A stretch of 64,000 nucleotides of DNA. Origin: Sedimentisphaerales bacterium. GTDB taxonomy: Bacteria > Planctomycetota > Phycisphaerae > Sedimentisphaerales > Anaerobacaceae. Under the pieces are notes generated by a model, which was not told where the DNA came from, made no database searches, and worked only from the letters and a program-made list of their open reading frames with translations. The DNA is taken from assembly GCA_963708075.1 (NCBI GenBank), contig OY970194.1, positions 4,448,001 to 4,512,000 of the forward strand, written 5' to 3'. The position numbers and the translations under genes are program-made. Shown here piece after piece: positions 17,177 to 27,263 of the stretch (within the stretch, counting starts at the first letter, position 1; each line of letters opens with the position of its first letter).

Positions 17177-18115
17177 ATGAACGAGAGAACCCACGATATC
17201 GCCGGCAGAAGATCTCCGTGGCTGGCCGGGCTTTTGTCCTTCATCATGCCGGGCATCGGGCAGGTGTACTGTGGAAAGCTTGTGCGCGGGCTGGTCTTCG
17301 GGATCGTCTACGGCCTGGCAATTCCGGCGACACTCGGATTGCTCGCCTACGTCGGTCCGGCTCCCACGGTGCTGTTCGGATTGCTGGCGTTCGTCGCGGC
17401 GCTCGGCGTCGTCGCGGCCGCGGTGATCGATGCCTACCGGCTGGCGGTCAGGACGCGACTCGATTACGAACGGAAGTCTTACAATCGCCCCGCCGTCTAC
17501 CTGCTGATCGGGCTGATGATCCAGGGCAGCGCCATCGGCTACGGCCTGCACGTGCGAGCGAGCCTGTTCGAAGCATTCAGAGTCACTGCCGTTTCCATGT
17601 TTCCCACGATCGGGCTCAACGATCGCATCCTTGGGAACAAGATTGCGTATCGCAAGGCCGATCCGCAGTACGGGGACATCGTCCTGTTCCGCCCGCCGAC
17701 CGGGGATTGGCGCGGCACCTATATCAAGAGAATCGTGGCACTCGGAGGCGACACAGTACAGATCAAGGACAAGGAGGTCTACGTCAACGGTCAGAAGCTG
17801 CCACGGGAGTTGATGGGTCCGGGCACGGTTGCCGCGGACCCTGCCGGCGAGTTAGCCTTCAAAGGCAATATCTACAAAGAGCGGAATGGACGCGCGGAAT
17901 ACACGATATTCCTTACTGATGCCGGCGCTCCTGAGAAAGCGGCGTTCACAGAGATCACAGTGCCCGGGCACCACTGTTTCGTGCTCGGGGATGCCCGTGA
18001 CGATTCCCTCGACAGCCGCCAGTTCGGGCCGATCCCCTATGCCCTCATCAAGGGTCGCGCGGATTACCTCTACTGGCCCGCCAGGGACTGGTCCCGCTTT
18101 GGGCGTCTGCAGTGA
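17177..18115 (+). CDS. lepB: signal peptidase I with extra N-terminal membrane domain
   Basis: catalytic Ser (VSMFPT) and Lys (YIKRIVA), GD...SLDSRQFG; N-terminal PWLAGLLSFIMPGIGQVYCG multi-TM region; probably an accessory paralogue. Confidence 0.85.
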   Translation: MNERTHDIAGRRSPWLAGLLSFIMPGIGQVYCGKLVRGLVFGIVYGLAIPATLGLLAYVGPAPTVLFGLLAFVAALGVVAAAVIDAYRLAVRTRLDYERKSYNRPAVYLLIGLMIQGSAIGYGLHVRASLFEAFRVTAVSMFPTIGLNDRILGNKIAYRKADPQYGDIVLFRPPTGDWRGTYIKRIVALGGDTVQIKDKEVYVNGQKLPRELMGPGTVAADPAGELAFKGNIYKERNGRAEYTIFLTDAGAPEKAAFTEITVPGHHCFVLGDARDDSLDSRQFGPIPYALIKGRADYLYWPARDWSRFGRLQ

Positions 18116-18259
18116 GCCGGCGGCCGGGGCAACAAGACGCACGCGCAAGTGACCTCATTGTGCCCTTGAAACAAGCCTATTCATGAGCCATTATATCGGA
18201 TACTTAAATCCGAGGACTGACCCTTTTTCCTCTCTCCGGACGCTTCGTGTCTTGGGGCA

Positions 18260-21200
18260 TCACTGTGGCGCGCTGAGCTGGTCGAGGAGCAGGTGCAACT
18301 CGGCGGCATCGTCGTAGTCGAGATTCGGGTCGGCGGCCAGGGCCCGGTCACGCGAACCGGAGAGGATGGATTGCAGGGCGGGAAGCAAGGGGCGGGCGTA
18401 GTCCGGCAGACGCGGGTCTTGGGCGAGTTGAGCCAGTTCAGCGGCGGCTTGGGCGGGATGACCTTCCGCAATGGCTTGGGCGACGGCGGCGCAGAGCTGC
18501 ACAGTCGCTCCGCCCACCTGGCTCTCGCCCCCGTCACGGCGGTAGGCGAGGTAGGCGGCGATGGCTTGCTTACGGGCTTGGGCGGCGGCAGGTGCGTTGC
18601 CCACGGCGCGCTCGATGTTGCTGAGGATGGCGAAGGTCTTCCACGGCTCGGCAGCGTGACCAAAGGGCCTCTTGCACTCAACGGCACGCTGGCTTTCGCG
18701 ACGGGCTTCCTCATGACGCCCCAGGGCAAGCAATTGGATCGCGATGTTGTGGTGATCACGTCCTTCGTTGGCCAGATCAGCGATGTCGGGGGTGGCGTGG
18801 ATGTCAGCGGCCTGCCTATAGAAATGAACCGCGTCTTCCCCACGCCCCATTTCAGAGTAGAGGTTCCCAAGTTCACCCAGAGTGCTGGCCTCGTCCACAC
18901 GATCACCGAGCTGAACCTTGATCCGCAGAGCCTCCTGGTAGGCGTGCTCGGCGGCTTGATATTGGCTTGTCCAGTTGTAGACCATGCCGATCTGATGCCA
19001 AGCTCTAGCAACGTTGGCTGGCTCGCCCAGGCCCTCGAATGTCTCTCTCGCCTCGGTGTAGACTGATAGCGCGTCTGCGTAACTCCCTTGGAGCAGGCGG
19101 ACAGTGCCGAGTTGGGCTTTGCCGACAGCAACTTGACGCATATCGTCGAGCCGTTCCGCCAGCCTGATATTCTCCTCGTAGGCGGCAGCAGCCTGATCGA
19201 GTTGGCCAAGGTCGCGGAGGCAGTCGGCGCGTTCGACTAAGCTAACGGACGCCATGCGGGCAGCGTCCTTGTCTCCAGCGTCGGCGAGTCTCTGGAAGCG
19301 CGCTCGGGCCTCGGCCAACGACGCCAGCGCGGATTGCGGATCGCCGCTCGAGCTCAAGGCGCGACCCAAGACAATGTGGCACATCGCTAAGTCATAGGCT
19401 GCCTCATCGTAGGCGGTTTCGCCACTGGCTTGGACGCGAGCGAGCAGGCTACGGGCGACGGGAACGGCTTCGGTAGTTCGACCAGCGTCGAGCAGACGGT
19501 CCACGGCGGCGGACTCGGCCAAGTAGCGGGCGTGGCTCCATTCGCCGAGGCGGGCGGCGGCTTGCTCGCGGAGGGCGGCGGCGCGGGCCAGGGCCTTGGA
19601 GCGGCCCAGCGGTTGCAGGAGGCCTTCGAGGCAGGTGGCTATCTGCACGACGGAATCCCAAGTGATGGTTGATGGTTGATCGTTGATGGTTGATTGAGCG
19701 GCGCGGAAGCGGTGTTCGAGGGCGGCGAGGAGGTTCGGGAGTTCGAGCAGTGTGAGCGTCGCGGCGAGGTGCGGGTCTTTGAACTTCTGCTCGTAGAGGA
19801 AGCCGGTCAGTTGGGACATAGCGGCGGCCCAGGCGGCTTCGGCGGCCTGGCGTTGTGCTCCGCTCAACTCACACTCCAGCGCCGGCCCCAACGCCGGGTC
19901 CAGCCGCAGGTAGCCGTAGGGAAGCAGTTCGGCAAGGCCGACTTGGACGAGGGCGGCGGCGGCCGCTTGAGCAATCGCGGCCTTTTGCTTGTGATCTTCA
20001 ACTCCCGGCGTCAGCAGCGCACCGATAGTGAACAGGTGTCCTCCACCTTGCAGGACCGCCAGCGGCGGGAGGAGTTGGCGCAATTCTTCCGGCAGGCGGC
20101 GCAGGGAGAGTTCGACGCTGGCGAAGAGGGATAGCTCGCGGGCGTTGAGCTTGTCGCCGTGCCTGGCGTGCAGGACCTGCATGATTTGACGGATGGCCTC
20201 GGTGGTCGGCGGCAGGCGGTGTTCGATGAGCTCGCGGGCCACGAGGACCAGGCTGCGTGCGTGGCAGTTCACGGCCTCGACCAGCGCCTCGATCTGCTGC
20301 TCGTTTTCCACGTCGCCGGCGGCACGCGGCATCCGCTCACCCTCGCCGAGCACCTTGCCTACCAACTCAATGGCCTCGGGCCTGCTCAGCCGGTCAATGG
20401 TGAGGTGGTGCCCATCAAACGGCTCCGGCAAGGGCGTGCGCGTGGTGAAGATCAGCCGCGTGCTGCCCACAACCGATAGCCGCTCGCAGAGGGCGAGCAG
20501 GTCGGAAAGGATCTTAGGGTCGAATGCCCCGGCTGCTTGGGCCGCATCCGCCTGCCATCCTACCGGCGGCAGTACGGACTCGCAGTTGTCCATGACGATG
20601 ATCGTCCGATGGTCGCGCAGGGCACGCTCGACGTATTGCTCGGCCTTGGCGGGTTCCTGTCCGGCCTTGCTGAGGAAGTCGGGCACGAGTTGCTCGCCAA
20701 TGGCCCAGAGGACGGCGCGGGCGTCGCCGCATTGTTCCAGGCTCACAAACGCCGCACGGCGGAATCTTTGGCTGGCCACGAGCCAGCGGGCCAGCTCGCA
20801 GCCGAGGACGGTCTTGCCCTCGCCGCCTTCGCCTCGCAAGACCACATAGCGAGGCGCATCGTCACCGCTGCGACAGAGGAGACGCTCGGCCATGAGCAAT
20901 TCGCGGCTGCGGCCTACGAAGCTGTGCTTGGGCGGCTCCGGCAGTTTGCCCAGCGCGAGCCGGCGGGCCTTCTTGATCTCCTCGCGGACGCGCTCTGGCG
21001 GCAATTCGTGGATGAGCTGGGGATCGATCTGTTCCTGGAACAGCACGGGCACAAACCAGTCTTCCATCTTCAGTTCGCCGGTGAAGGCCTTGCCGCGACG
21101 CGTATCGGCCTTGAGCGCCTGCTGGGCGGCGAGCATGGCCTGGCCGACGCGCTCGCCCCCAAGGAGTTTCTGGTAGAAGACGCTGATGAACCGGCGAGCG

Positions 21201-22789
21201 GTCTCGACGAGCACGCTGTGGCTCATGGCCGCGACGGAAGCGACACCACCCTGCAACAGCCGGCCAGCCACGGAAGACGTCGGGTCCTTTTCGGTCTGCG
21301 CGGATTGGCAAGCCTCCAGGAAGAACAGGGGCACATGGTAGTTGCGAACGATGCCTGCGATCTTCTCGGCATTTATGAGTTCGCCTCGGCGGCGTTCGAG
21401 TTTGGCGACGTCGTCCGAGTGCTCAAAGACCAGTGCGCCGAGGCCGTGACGGCCCCCCAGCCCCTCCCGGCCTGCATGGTCGAAGACACCGTGGCCGTCA
21501 AAATGGACGACGTGGTAAGGCTCGCCCGCTACGTACGCACGTTTCAGCTCGGCCTGCAACGTTGGGAACGTGGGTGGGTTGAGGATGGTGAGCCGGGCAA
21601 GCTCGCCTAGTGCGGCAAGAGATTCGACGAGCGGCCGGGCACTGACCCGGTGGTCAATATAGGAAATCCGGAGATCCTTGTCGTCCTGCTCCGGGCGCGG
21701 GCTGACGAGCAGAACGCGCAGCGGGGCCTTGGTGATGATCGGGTCCTTGATTGTCTGGTTCGGCAGGCGTCGGCGTACACAGACACCGGTTGCATCGTGG
21801 AATAGGTAGTCGCTGTCGTCGTGGACCAGCTCCCAGGGCAGCGAAAGGAGCAATGCGGCCGCCTCTTTGGCGTCGTCTTCCTTCGCGGCCTTCACCTTGT
21901 CGTCCAGGGTTGGGTCGGCGAGGAAGTTCTCGTCCACGAGGACGGAGAAGCGGCGCTCGGTGTTGGGACGCGGCTGGTTCCAGGCGGAGAAGGCGTTGCG
22001 TCCGGCGTCGTGCGTGAGAGCGGGCGCGATGGCGGCTTTGTAGAGTTGCTGGCCCCATTGGGGCAGGGCGTCCACGACGGCCTTGGCGCGGTCGGCGAAG
22101 ACACCTTCCGTGGCCGGCCAGCGCGGATAGCCTTCGAGATACCAGGCCAGTTCGCCTGCTTCAATGGCGCCAAGCGGCGCTTCAAAGCGGAACGCCCGGC
22201 TGCGAACGTCCTCCGCGTTCGGTTCCGGCGGATTGTAGATGAGGACCGCCCTGGCTGCGGCGCGGCGTTTGCCGCCGGAGTGGACGACGATAGCCGGCTC
22301 GGACAGTTCGAGGATGAGATCGGCGACAGGTGTGCCGTCCTTGGCCGGCGCGGGCTGCGGATCGTTCGGCAAGGCAAGGCCGAGAGCGGCGAAGATCTCG
22401 GGGAGGGCCTTCTGAATGCGGTCGGGACCTTCCGCGAGCTTGATGCCAACCGGCTCCTCGCCAAACCAGAGCCTCAGCGACGCCGGCTCGACGCCCGGCA
22501 GCAGCAGAGGAACGAGTTTGAAGCCGTCGCTGCGCTTCTGTGCGACCTTCCGGGCATACGCGACTTCTTCCTGGACCCAAGGGGAGTTGGCCGTCTTCGG
22601 GCCAAGGACGACGCTGAAGTGGTCTGCCTGTTCAATGGCCTTCTGAATCCGTACGCGCAGCGGCTCGCCACCAGACAGTTCCCGCGAGTCCGCCCAAACC
22701 GTGACGCCGCGAGCCTCCAGGGCTTCGCGCAGTTCCTTGACCACCGTGTCATCGGCGGTGGCATGCGAGATGAAGAGGGCGTTGCCCAT
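18260..22789 (-). CDS. TIR-CHAT(caspase-like)-STAND NTPase-TPR multidomain protein
   Basis: TIR: LFISHA...SPWVQEE; CHAT: VVHFDGHG and FLEACQS; P-loop GEGGEGKT and Walker B IVMDNCE; multiple TPRs (ARAWHQIGMVY, ASTLGELGNLY). Confidence 0.92.
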   Translation of the reverse strand: MGNALFISHATADDTVVKELREALEARGVTVWADSRELSGGEPLRVRIQKAIEQADHFSVVLGPKTANSPWVQEEVAYARKVAQKRSDGFKLVPLLLPGVEPASLRLWFGEEPVGIKLAEGPDRIQKALPEIFAALGLALPNDPQPAPAKDGTPVADLILELSEPAIVVHSGGKRRAAARAVLIYNPPEPNAEDVRSRAFRFEAPLGAIEAGELAWYLEGYPRWPATEGVFADRAKAVVDALPQWGQQLYKAAIAPALTHDAGRNAFSAWNQPRPNTERRFSVLVDENFLADPTLDDKVKAAKEDDAKEAAALLLSLPWELVHDDSDYLFHDATGVCVRRRLPNQTIKDPIITKAPLRVLLVSPRPEQDDKDLRISYIDHRVSARPLVESLAALGELARLTILNPPTFPTLQAELKRAYVAGEPYHVVHFDGHGVFDHAGREGLGGRHGLGALVFEHSDDVAKLERRRGELINAEKIAGIVRNYHVPLFFLEACQSAQTEKDPTSSVAGRLLQGGVASVAAMSHSVLVETARRFISVFYQKLLGGERVGQAMLAAQQALKADTRRGKAFTGELKMEDWFVPVLFQEQIDPQLIHELPPERVREEIKKARRLALGKLPEPPKHSFVGRSRELLMAERLLCRSGDDAPRYVVLRGEGGEGKTVLGCELARWLVASQRFRRAAFVSLEQCGDARAVLWAIGEQLVPDFLSKAGQEPAKAEQYVERALRDHRTIIVMDNCESVLPPVGWQADAAQAAGAFDPKILSDLLALCERLSVVGSTRLIFTTRTPLPEPFDGHHLTIDRLSRPEAIELVGKVLGEGERMPRAAGDVENEQQIEALVEAVNCHARSLVLVARELIEHRLPPTTEAIRQIMQVLHARHGDKLNARELSLFASVELSLRRLPEELRQLLPPLAVLQGGGHLFTIGALLTPGVEDHKQKAAIAQAAAAALVQVGLAELLPYGYLRLDPALGPALECELSGAQRQAAEAAWAAAMSQLTGFLYEQKFKDPHLAATLTLLELPNLLAALEHRFRAAQSTINDQPSTITWDSVVQIATCLEGLLQPLGRSKALARAAALREQAAARLGEWSHARYLAESAAVDRLLDAGRTTEAVPVARSLLARVQASGETAYDEAAYDLAMCHIVLGRALSSSGDPQSALASLAEARARFQRLADAGDKDAARMASVSLVERADCLRDLGQLDQAAAAYEENIRLAERLDDMRQVAVGKAQLGTVRLLQGSYADALSVYTEARETFEGLGEPANVARAWHQIGMVYNWTSQYQAAEHAYQEALRIKVQLGDRVDEASTLGELGNLYSEMGRGEDAVHFYRQAADIHATPDIADLANEGRDHHNIAIQLLALGRHEEARRESQRAVECKRPFGHAAEPWKTFAILSNIERAVGNAPAAAQARKQAIAAYLAYRRDGGESQVGGATVQLCAAVAQAIAEGHPAQAAAELAQLAQDPRLPDYARPLLPALQSILSGSRDRALAADPNLDYDDAAELHLLLDQLSAPQ
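19663..19695. repeat. heptamer tandem (TGATGGT)n inside the TIR-CHAT gene
   Basis: tgatggt tgatggt tgatcgt tgatggt tgatt; encodes QSTINDQPSTI. Confidence 0.8.
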
Positions 22790-22950
22790 GCTTGACCTCC
22801 GTCACTCATCCGGAATGCCTGGGCGGTTCTCCCCGTCCGTCAACTGCCATGGCGGACATGAGCCCCAACCGTGCCGGCGGCGCATCCCAAAGATGGAGTC
22901 CCGTTTAACCTCGAAATTGGCCCGCGGCCGGATAACTGCGCACCTCAGAC

Positions 22951-22979
22951 ATCTTACAGCGAGGCTCTCGCAATGTCAA
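22951..22979 (-). promoter_or_regulatory. sigma70-type promoter for the TIR-CHAT gene
   Basis: TTGACA-17bp-TAAGAT on minus strand. Confidence 0.65.
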
Positions 22980-23183
22980 CGCAGCAAACGTCTTTGAAGG
23001 ATTGAAGGTGTCACTCATCCGGGGCGAAGGGCCCATGGATCGGCGTAACTCCATGTGCAGCAAGAGCTTGCCTTCATAGAAGCGGACTGGCCCTGTGGGT
23101 CATGGGCAGGATGCCCATGCTACGACGAAGCAACCTCTCACACGCCCCCCCCAAGGCAGTTGGGGGCCGGGGTGCAGCGAGAG

Positions 23184-23657
23184 CTACTGCTCCTGCGTGC
23201 AACCACTTGTACCGCAAGGACTTACGGGCTGACTGGACGAGTTCATGAACGGACAGCCGGTGGTCTGGGGCTTCGCCATGGTGCAGCCAGCAGCCGGGGC
23301 TTCGCCGGTCTTTGGGCAGCAGGGCATTGGGCAGCCTTCGGTGCCGGTGCAGGGAGTGGCGGCTGCCGCCATGCCGGTGCATGGGGTGGCGGTTGCCGCT
23401 ATGCCGGGCCATGGGGTTGTGGCAGCCGCGGTGCCGCCACTTGGGGCTGCGTGGACTTGAGGATCGGCGGAGGCAGCGGTCATCCTGGGGCACGCATCGG
23501 TGTTCATTAACGGGCAGCCGTCGCAGTTGGCCTCTACTGCCACTTGCGGGGCCTGGGTCGGTCTATCGATATAGCCGGCCAGCAGGCCGGTGCCGGCGGC
23601 CAAAGCCGCGATGACTAAGACGGCGGGAATCAGGCGCTTTGATAAGATCGCTTTCAT
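23184..23657 (-). CDS. secreted/anchored Cys-rich low-complexity protein
   Basis: N-terminal hydrophobic segment; CDGCP, GCPMPCCP, GCPFM, PCGTSGC; three 30-bp tandem repeats at 23341-23430; GGAG RBS. Confidence 0.7.
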   Translation of the reverse strand: MKAILSKRLIPAVLVIAALAAGTGLLAGYIDRPTQAPQVAVEANCDGCPLMNTDACPRMTAASADPQVHAAPSGGTAAATTPWPGIAATATPCTGMAAAATPCTGTEGCPMPCCPKTGEAPAAGCTMAKPQTTGCPFMNSSSQPVSPCGTSGCTQEQ

Positions 23658-23794
23658 CAGTACTCTCCAACCCTTAAACCATGAGTTTCAGTCGGTTCCG
23701 ATAACCACTACGAGTCTTTCGGCCTGACGCAGCATACTGCCGAGACAGGCGTCCGGTTCATTATCGCATAGAATGCGGCCTAACTCAAAATCTT

Positions 23795-23823
23795 TTGACG
23801 GTCGCTCGACGTACAACTATAGT
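23795..23823 (+). promoter_or_regulatory. sigma70-type promoter for guaBA
   Basis: TTGACG-17bp-TATAGT. Confidence 0.6.
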
Positions 23824-23865
23824 AACGGGTTTACAGTAGGAACGGAAGCGCTGTTGGAGCCGTCT

Positions 23866-25338
23866 ATGAACATTGAGAAGATCATCGCCAAAGGTATCAC
23901 GTTTGACGACGTGCTGTTAATCCCCGGGAAAAGCAGCTTTGTGCCGAACCAGGCGGATACGAGCACGAAGCTCACCCGCAACATCGGGATCAATATCCCC
24001 ATCGTCTCGGCCGCCATGGACACGGTCACCGAATCGGCCCTGGCCATCGCACTGGCGCAGGAGGGCGGGGTCGGCATAATCCACAAAAACCTCAGTATCG
24101 AGGCCCAGAAGCGGGAGGTGGCCAAGGTCAAGCGGTCGGAGAACGGGGTGATCCTCGACCCCGTGACGCTCTCGCCCAGAGAACCGGTGCGACGGGCACA
24201 GGAGCTGATGGCCGAGCAGAACGTGTCCGGTATCCCCATCGTCGAGGGCAAAAAGCTCGTCGGTATCCTGACCCGCCGGGATCTTAAGTTCCTGCGAGAT
24301 TACAGCGTGATGATCGACACGGTCATGACGAAGAAGAACCTCGTGACCGGCCCGGCGGACACCACCCTCGAACAGGCCAAGGAAATACTCTCAACCCATA
24401 AGGTCGAGAAGCTTCTGCTGGTCAACGGGAACGGCGAACTGGCCGGGCTGATCACGATGCGCGACATCGACCGCGTCCAGCAGTACCCGACGGCGGCCAG
24501 GGATAAGCGTGGCCGGCTGCGGGTCGGGGCGGCCGTCAGCGTTCACGAGTACGAGCGGGTCGAAGCCCTGATCGCTGCGGATGTCGATATCATCACTGTC
24601 GATACTGCGCACGGGCACTCGCAAAACGTCATCGACACCGTTAAGAAGATCAAGAAAACCTACAAGATCGACGTGATCGCGGGCAATATCGCCACGGCCG
24701 AGGCGGCCAGGGACCTGATCGACGCCGGCGCCGACGCCGTCAAAGTCGGAATCGGACCCGGGGCCATCTGCACGACCCGCATCATCTCCGGCGTCGGCGT
24801 GCCCCAGATCTCCGCGATCATGGACTGTGCCGAGGTCGCCAACGCCGAGGGCGTGCCGGTCATTGCCGACGGAGGTATCCGCCAGTCCGGCGACATCACC
24901 AAGGCCATCGCCGCGGGTGCATCGAGCGTCATGATCGGCTCGCTGTTCGCCGGCCTCAAAGAAAGCCCCGGCCAACTGGTCATCTACAAGGGCCGGCAGT
25001 TCAAGGAGTATCGCGGCATGGGCTCGCTCGGCGCGATGGTCAAAGGCTCCGCCGAACGCTACGGCCAGAGCAGCAAAACCGACGTCGGCAAACTCGTCCC
25101 CGAGGGCGTCGAAGGACGCGTCCCCTATCGCGGCACACTCAGCGACTTCGTCTATCAGCTCGTCGGCGGCCTGCGGGCCGGTATGGGCTACTGTGGCACC
25201 CGCAACATCGACGAGCTGATGGCCAAGACCCGCTTCGTCCGCGTCACCGCCGCCAGCGTCAGCGAAAGCCATCCCCACGATATCCAAATCACCAAGGAGG
25301 CCCCGAACTATTCCGCGAGCCTGCCCTTCGAAGACTGA
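23866..25338 (+). CDS. guaB: IMP dehydrogenase
   Basis: [21 protein letters not shown] pair, [30 protein letters not shown]. Confidence 0.97.
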   Translation: MNIEKIIAKGITFDDVLLIPGKSSFVPNQADTSTKLTRNIGINIPIVSAAMDTVTESALAIALAQEGGVGIIHKNLSIEAQKREVAKVKRSENGVILDPVTLSPREPVRRAQELMAEQNVSGIPIVEGKKLVGILTRRDLKFLRDYSVMIDTVMTKKNLVTGPADTTLEQAKEILSTHKVEKLLLVNGNGELAGLITMRDIDRVQQYPTAARDKRGRLRVGAAVSVHEYERVEALIAADVDIITVDTAHGHSQNVIDTVKKIKKTYKIDVIAGNIATAEAARDLIDAGADAVKVGIGPGAICTTRIISGVGVPQISAIMDCAEVANAEGVPVIADGGIRQSGDITKAIAAGASSVMIGSLFAGLKESPGQLVIYKGRQFKEYRGMGSLGAMVKGSAERYGQSSKTDVGKLVPEGVEGRVPYRGTLSDFVYQLVGGLRAGMGYCGTRNIDELMAKTRFVRVTAASVSESHPHDIQITKEAPNYSASLPFED

Positions 25339-25342
25339 AAGG

Positions 25343-25444
25343 AAATCAAAAATCAAACATCAAAAATCAAAACTGCGGAATCGCTTCGCGATGCCATTTT
25401 TGGTTTTTGACCTGTCATTTTGACTTTTGATCTTTGAGATTTGA
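25343..25444. repeat. inverted heptamer arrays (AAATCAA)n ... (TTTTGA)n filling the guaB-guaA spacer
   Basis: aaatcaa aaatcaa acatcaa aaatcaa, central atcgcttcgcgat hairpin, then degenerate complementary array. Confidence 0.8.
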
Positions 25445-25445
25445 T

Positions 25446-26984
25446 ATGAAAGAGATGATCGCCATCCTGGACTTCGGCAGCCAGTACATCCAACTGATCG
25501 CCCGCCGGGTCCGCGAGCATAACGTCTACTCCCGCATCTACCCGGCGAGCACCCCCGCCGCCGAGCTGGCGAAGCTGCCGCTCAAGGGCATCATCCTCTC
25601 CGGCGGCCCCGCCAGCGTGTACGTCCCCAACGCCCCGCGATGCGACGAGAGGATCTTCGACCTGGGCATCCCCGTCCTCGGCATCTGCTACGGCATGCAG
25701 CTCGGCTCGCAGATGCTCGGCGCCCAAGTAGTTCGCGCCAAGAACCATGAGTACGGCCGGGCCAATCTCACCATCCTCGACAAGGGCGATCTATTCGCCA
25801 ACCTGCCGGACGATACGCTCGTCTGGGCCAGCCACGGCGATCAGGTCACCAAGCCCCCCCAGGGCTTCATCCGTCTCGCCGAGACGAAGACCTGCCCCTA
25901 CGCCGCCGTCCGCCATGCGGAAAAGAAATTCTTCGGCGTCCAGTTCCACCCGGAAGTCAGTCACACGCCCCGAGGCGCGGAAATGCTCAAGAACTTCCTC
26001 TACGGCATCTGCGGCTGCACCGGCGACTGGAAAATGAGCGACTTCGTCAGCGAGTCCGTCCAGAGCATCCGCAAGCGCGTGGGCGACGCCAAAGTCATCT
26101 GCGGCCTCAGCGGCGGCGTCGATTCCTCCGTCACCGCCTCCCTGATCCACCAGGCCATCGGCGACCAGCTCGTCTGCATCCTCGTGGACAACGGCCTGCT
26201 CCGCCGCAACGAACGGGAGAGCATCGTCTCGACTTTCCGCGACCACTTCAAGATGGACCTGCACGTCGTCGACTGGTCGAGCCAGTTCCTCGCTGGCCTG
26301 GCAGGCGTCACCGACCCGCAGCAAAAACGAAAGATCATCGGCGCCGAATTCATCAAGGCTTTCAAGTCCGAGGCCAGCAAGATTCCCAACGCCCACTTCC
26401 TCGCCCAGGGCACGCTCTATCCCGACGTGATCGAGTCCGGCTCGAAGGACGGCAACCCCGCCGCCAACATCAAGCTCCATCACAACGTCGGCGGCCTGCC
26501 CGCCCAGCTCGGCTTCGAGCTGATCGAGCCGCTGCGCGACCTGTTCAAGGACGAGGTCCGCGTCGTCGGCGAATACCTCGGCCTGCCCGAGGACCTCGTC
26601 TGGCGTCATCCCTTCCCCGGTCCCGGCCTGGGCGTCCGAATCCTCGGCGAAGTCACGCCGGCCAAACTCGAAATCCTCCGCGCCGCCGACGAGATCCTGA
26701 TCGACGAAATCAAAGCCGCGGGTTTATACCGCAAAGTCTCGCAGACCCTGGCCGTATTGGTCCCGGTCTCGACGGTCGGCGTCATGGGCGACGAGCGCAG
26801 CTACGAGAACGTGATTGCGATCCGCTCCGTAGATACGACCGACTTCATGACCGCCGACTTCTCGCACATCCCCTACGAGGTCCTCGGCACGATCTCCAGC
26901 CGGATCATCAACGAGGTCCGCGGCGTCAACCGAGTCGTCTACGACATCTCCAGCAAACCCCCCGCCACCATCGAGTGGGAGTAA
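25446..26984 (+). CDS. guaA: GMP synthase (glutamine-hydrolysing)
   Basis: [62 protein letters not shown]. Confidence 0.97.
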   Translation: MKEMIAILDFGSQYIQLIARRVREHNVYSRIYPASTPAAELAKLPLKGIILSGGPASVYVPNAPRCDERIFDLGIPVLGICYGMQLGSQMLGAQVVRAKNHEYGRANLTILDKGDLFANLPDDTLVWASHGDQVTKPPQGFIRLAETKTCPYAAVRHAEKKFFGVQFHPEVSHTPRGAEMLKNFLYGICGCTGDWKMSDFVSESVQSIRKRVGDAKVICGLSGGVDSSVTASLIHQAIGDQLVCILVDNGLLRRNERESIVSTFRDHFKMDLHVVDWSSQFLAGLAGVTDPQQKRKIIGAEFIKAFKSEASKIPNAHFLAQGTLYPDVIESGSKDGNPAANIKLHHNVGGLPAQLGFELIEPLRDLFKDEVRVVGEYLGLPEDLVWRHPFPGPGLGVRILGEVTPAKLEILRAADEILIDEIKAAGLYRKVSQTLAVLVPVSTVGVMGDERSYENVIAIRSVDTTDFMTADFSHIPYEVLGTISSRIINEVRGVNRVVYDISSKPPATIEWE

Positions 26985-26992
26985 CGCTGCGC

Positions 26993-27024
26993 GATTGCGG
27001 ATTTCGGATTGCAGATTGCGGATT
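26993..27024. repeat. heptamer tandem (GATTGCG)n
   Basis: gattgcg gatttcg gattgca gattgcg gatt right after the guaA stop. Confidence 0.75.
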
Positions 27025-27143
27025 CTCTCTTCGTAGAGCCTGCCCCCGACCTGATCGGGGGTCGTGCGTCCCCGCACGCCCACGCCGCACGCGCGAGCCC
27101 ACGCATTCACACCTGCTCGGGGAAGCAAATGCTGTCATGAGTC

Positions 27144-27171
27144 TTGACAAGCTGTGGCAGATGGTTATAAT
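27144..27171 (+). promoter_or_regulatory. near-consensus sigma70 promoter
   Basis: TTGACA-16bp-TATAAT. Confidence 0.7.
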
Positions 27172-27263
27172 ATATTGATAAGGCTGACTCCCTCCTGAAT
27201 TTAGGACTGATGAGTTTGAAAGCCTGAACGCAGAAGTCCCGGGTTGGACGAAGGAGGTGAGGT

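Noticed and set aside
27181..27224. Hammerhead ribozyme (CTGATGA...GAAA)
   Set aside because: No room for stem II between CTGATGA and GAAA, and no NUH triplet directly before stem I
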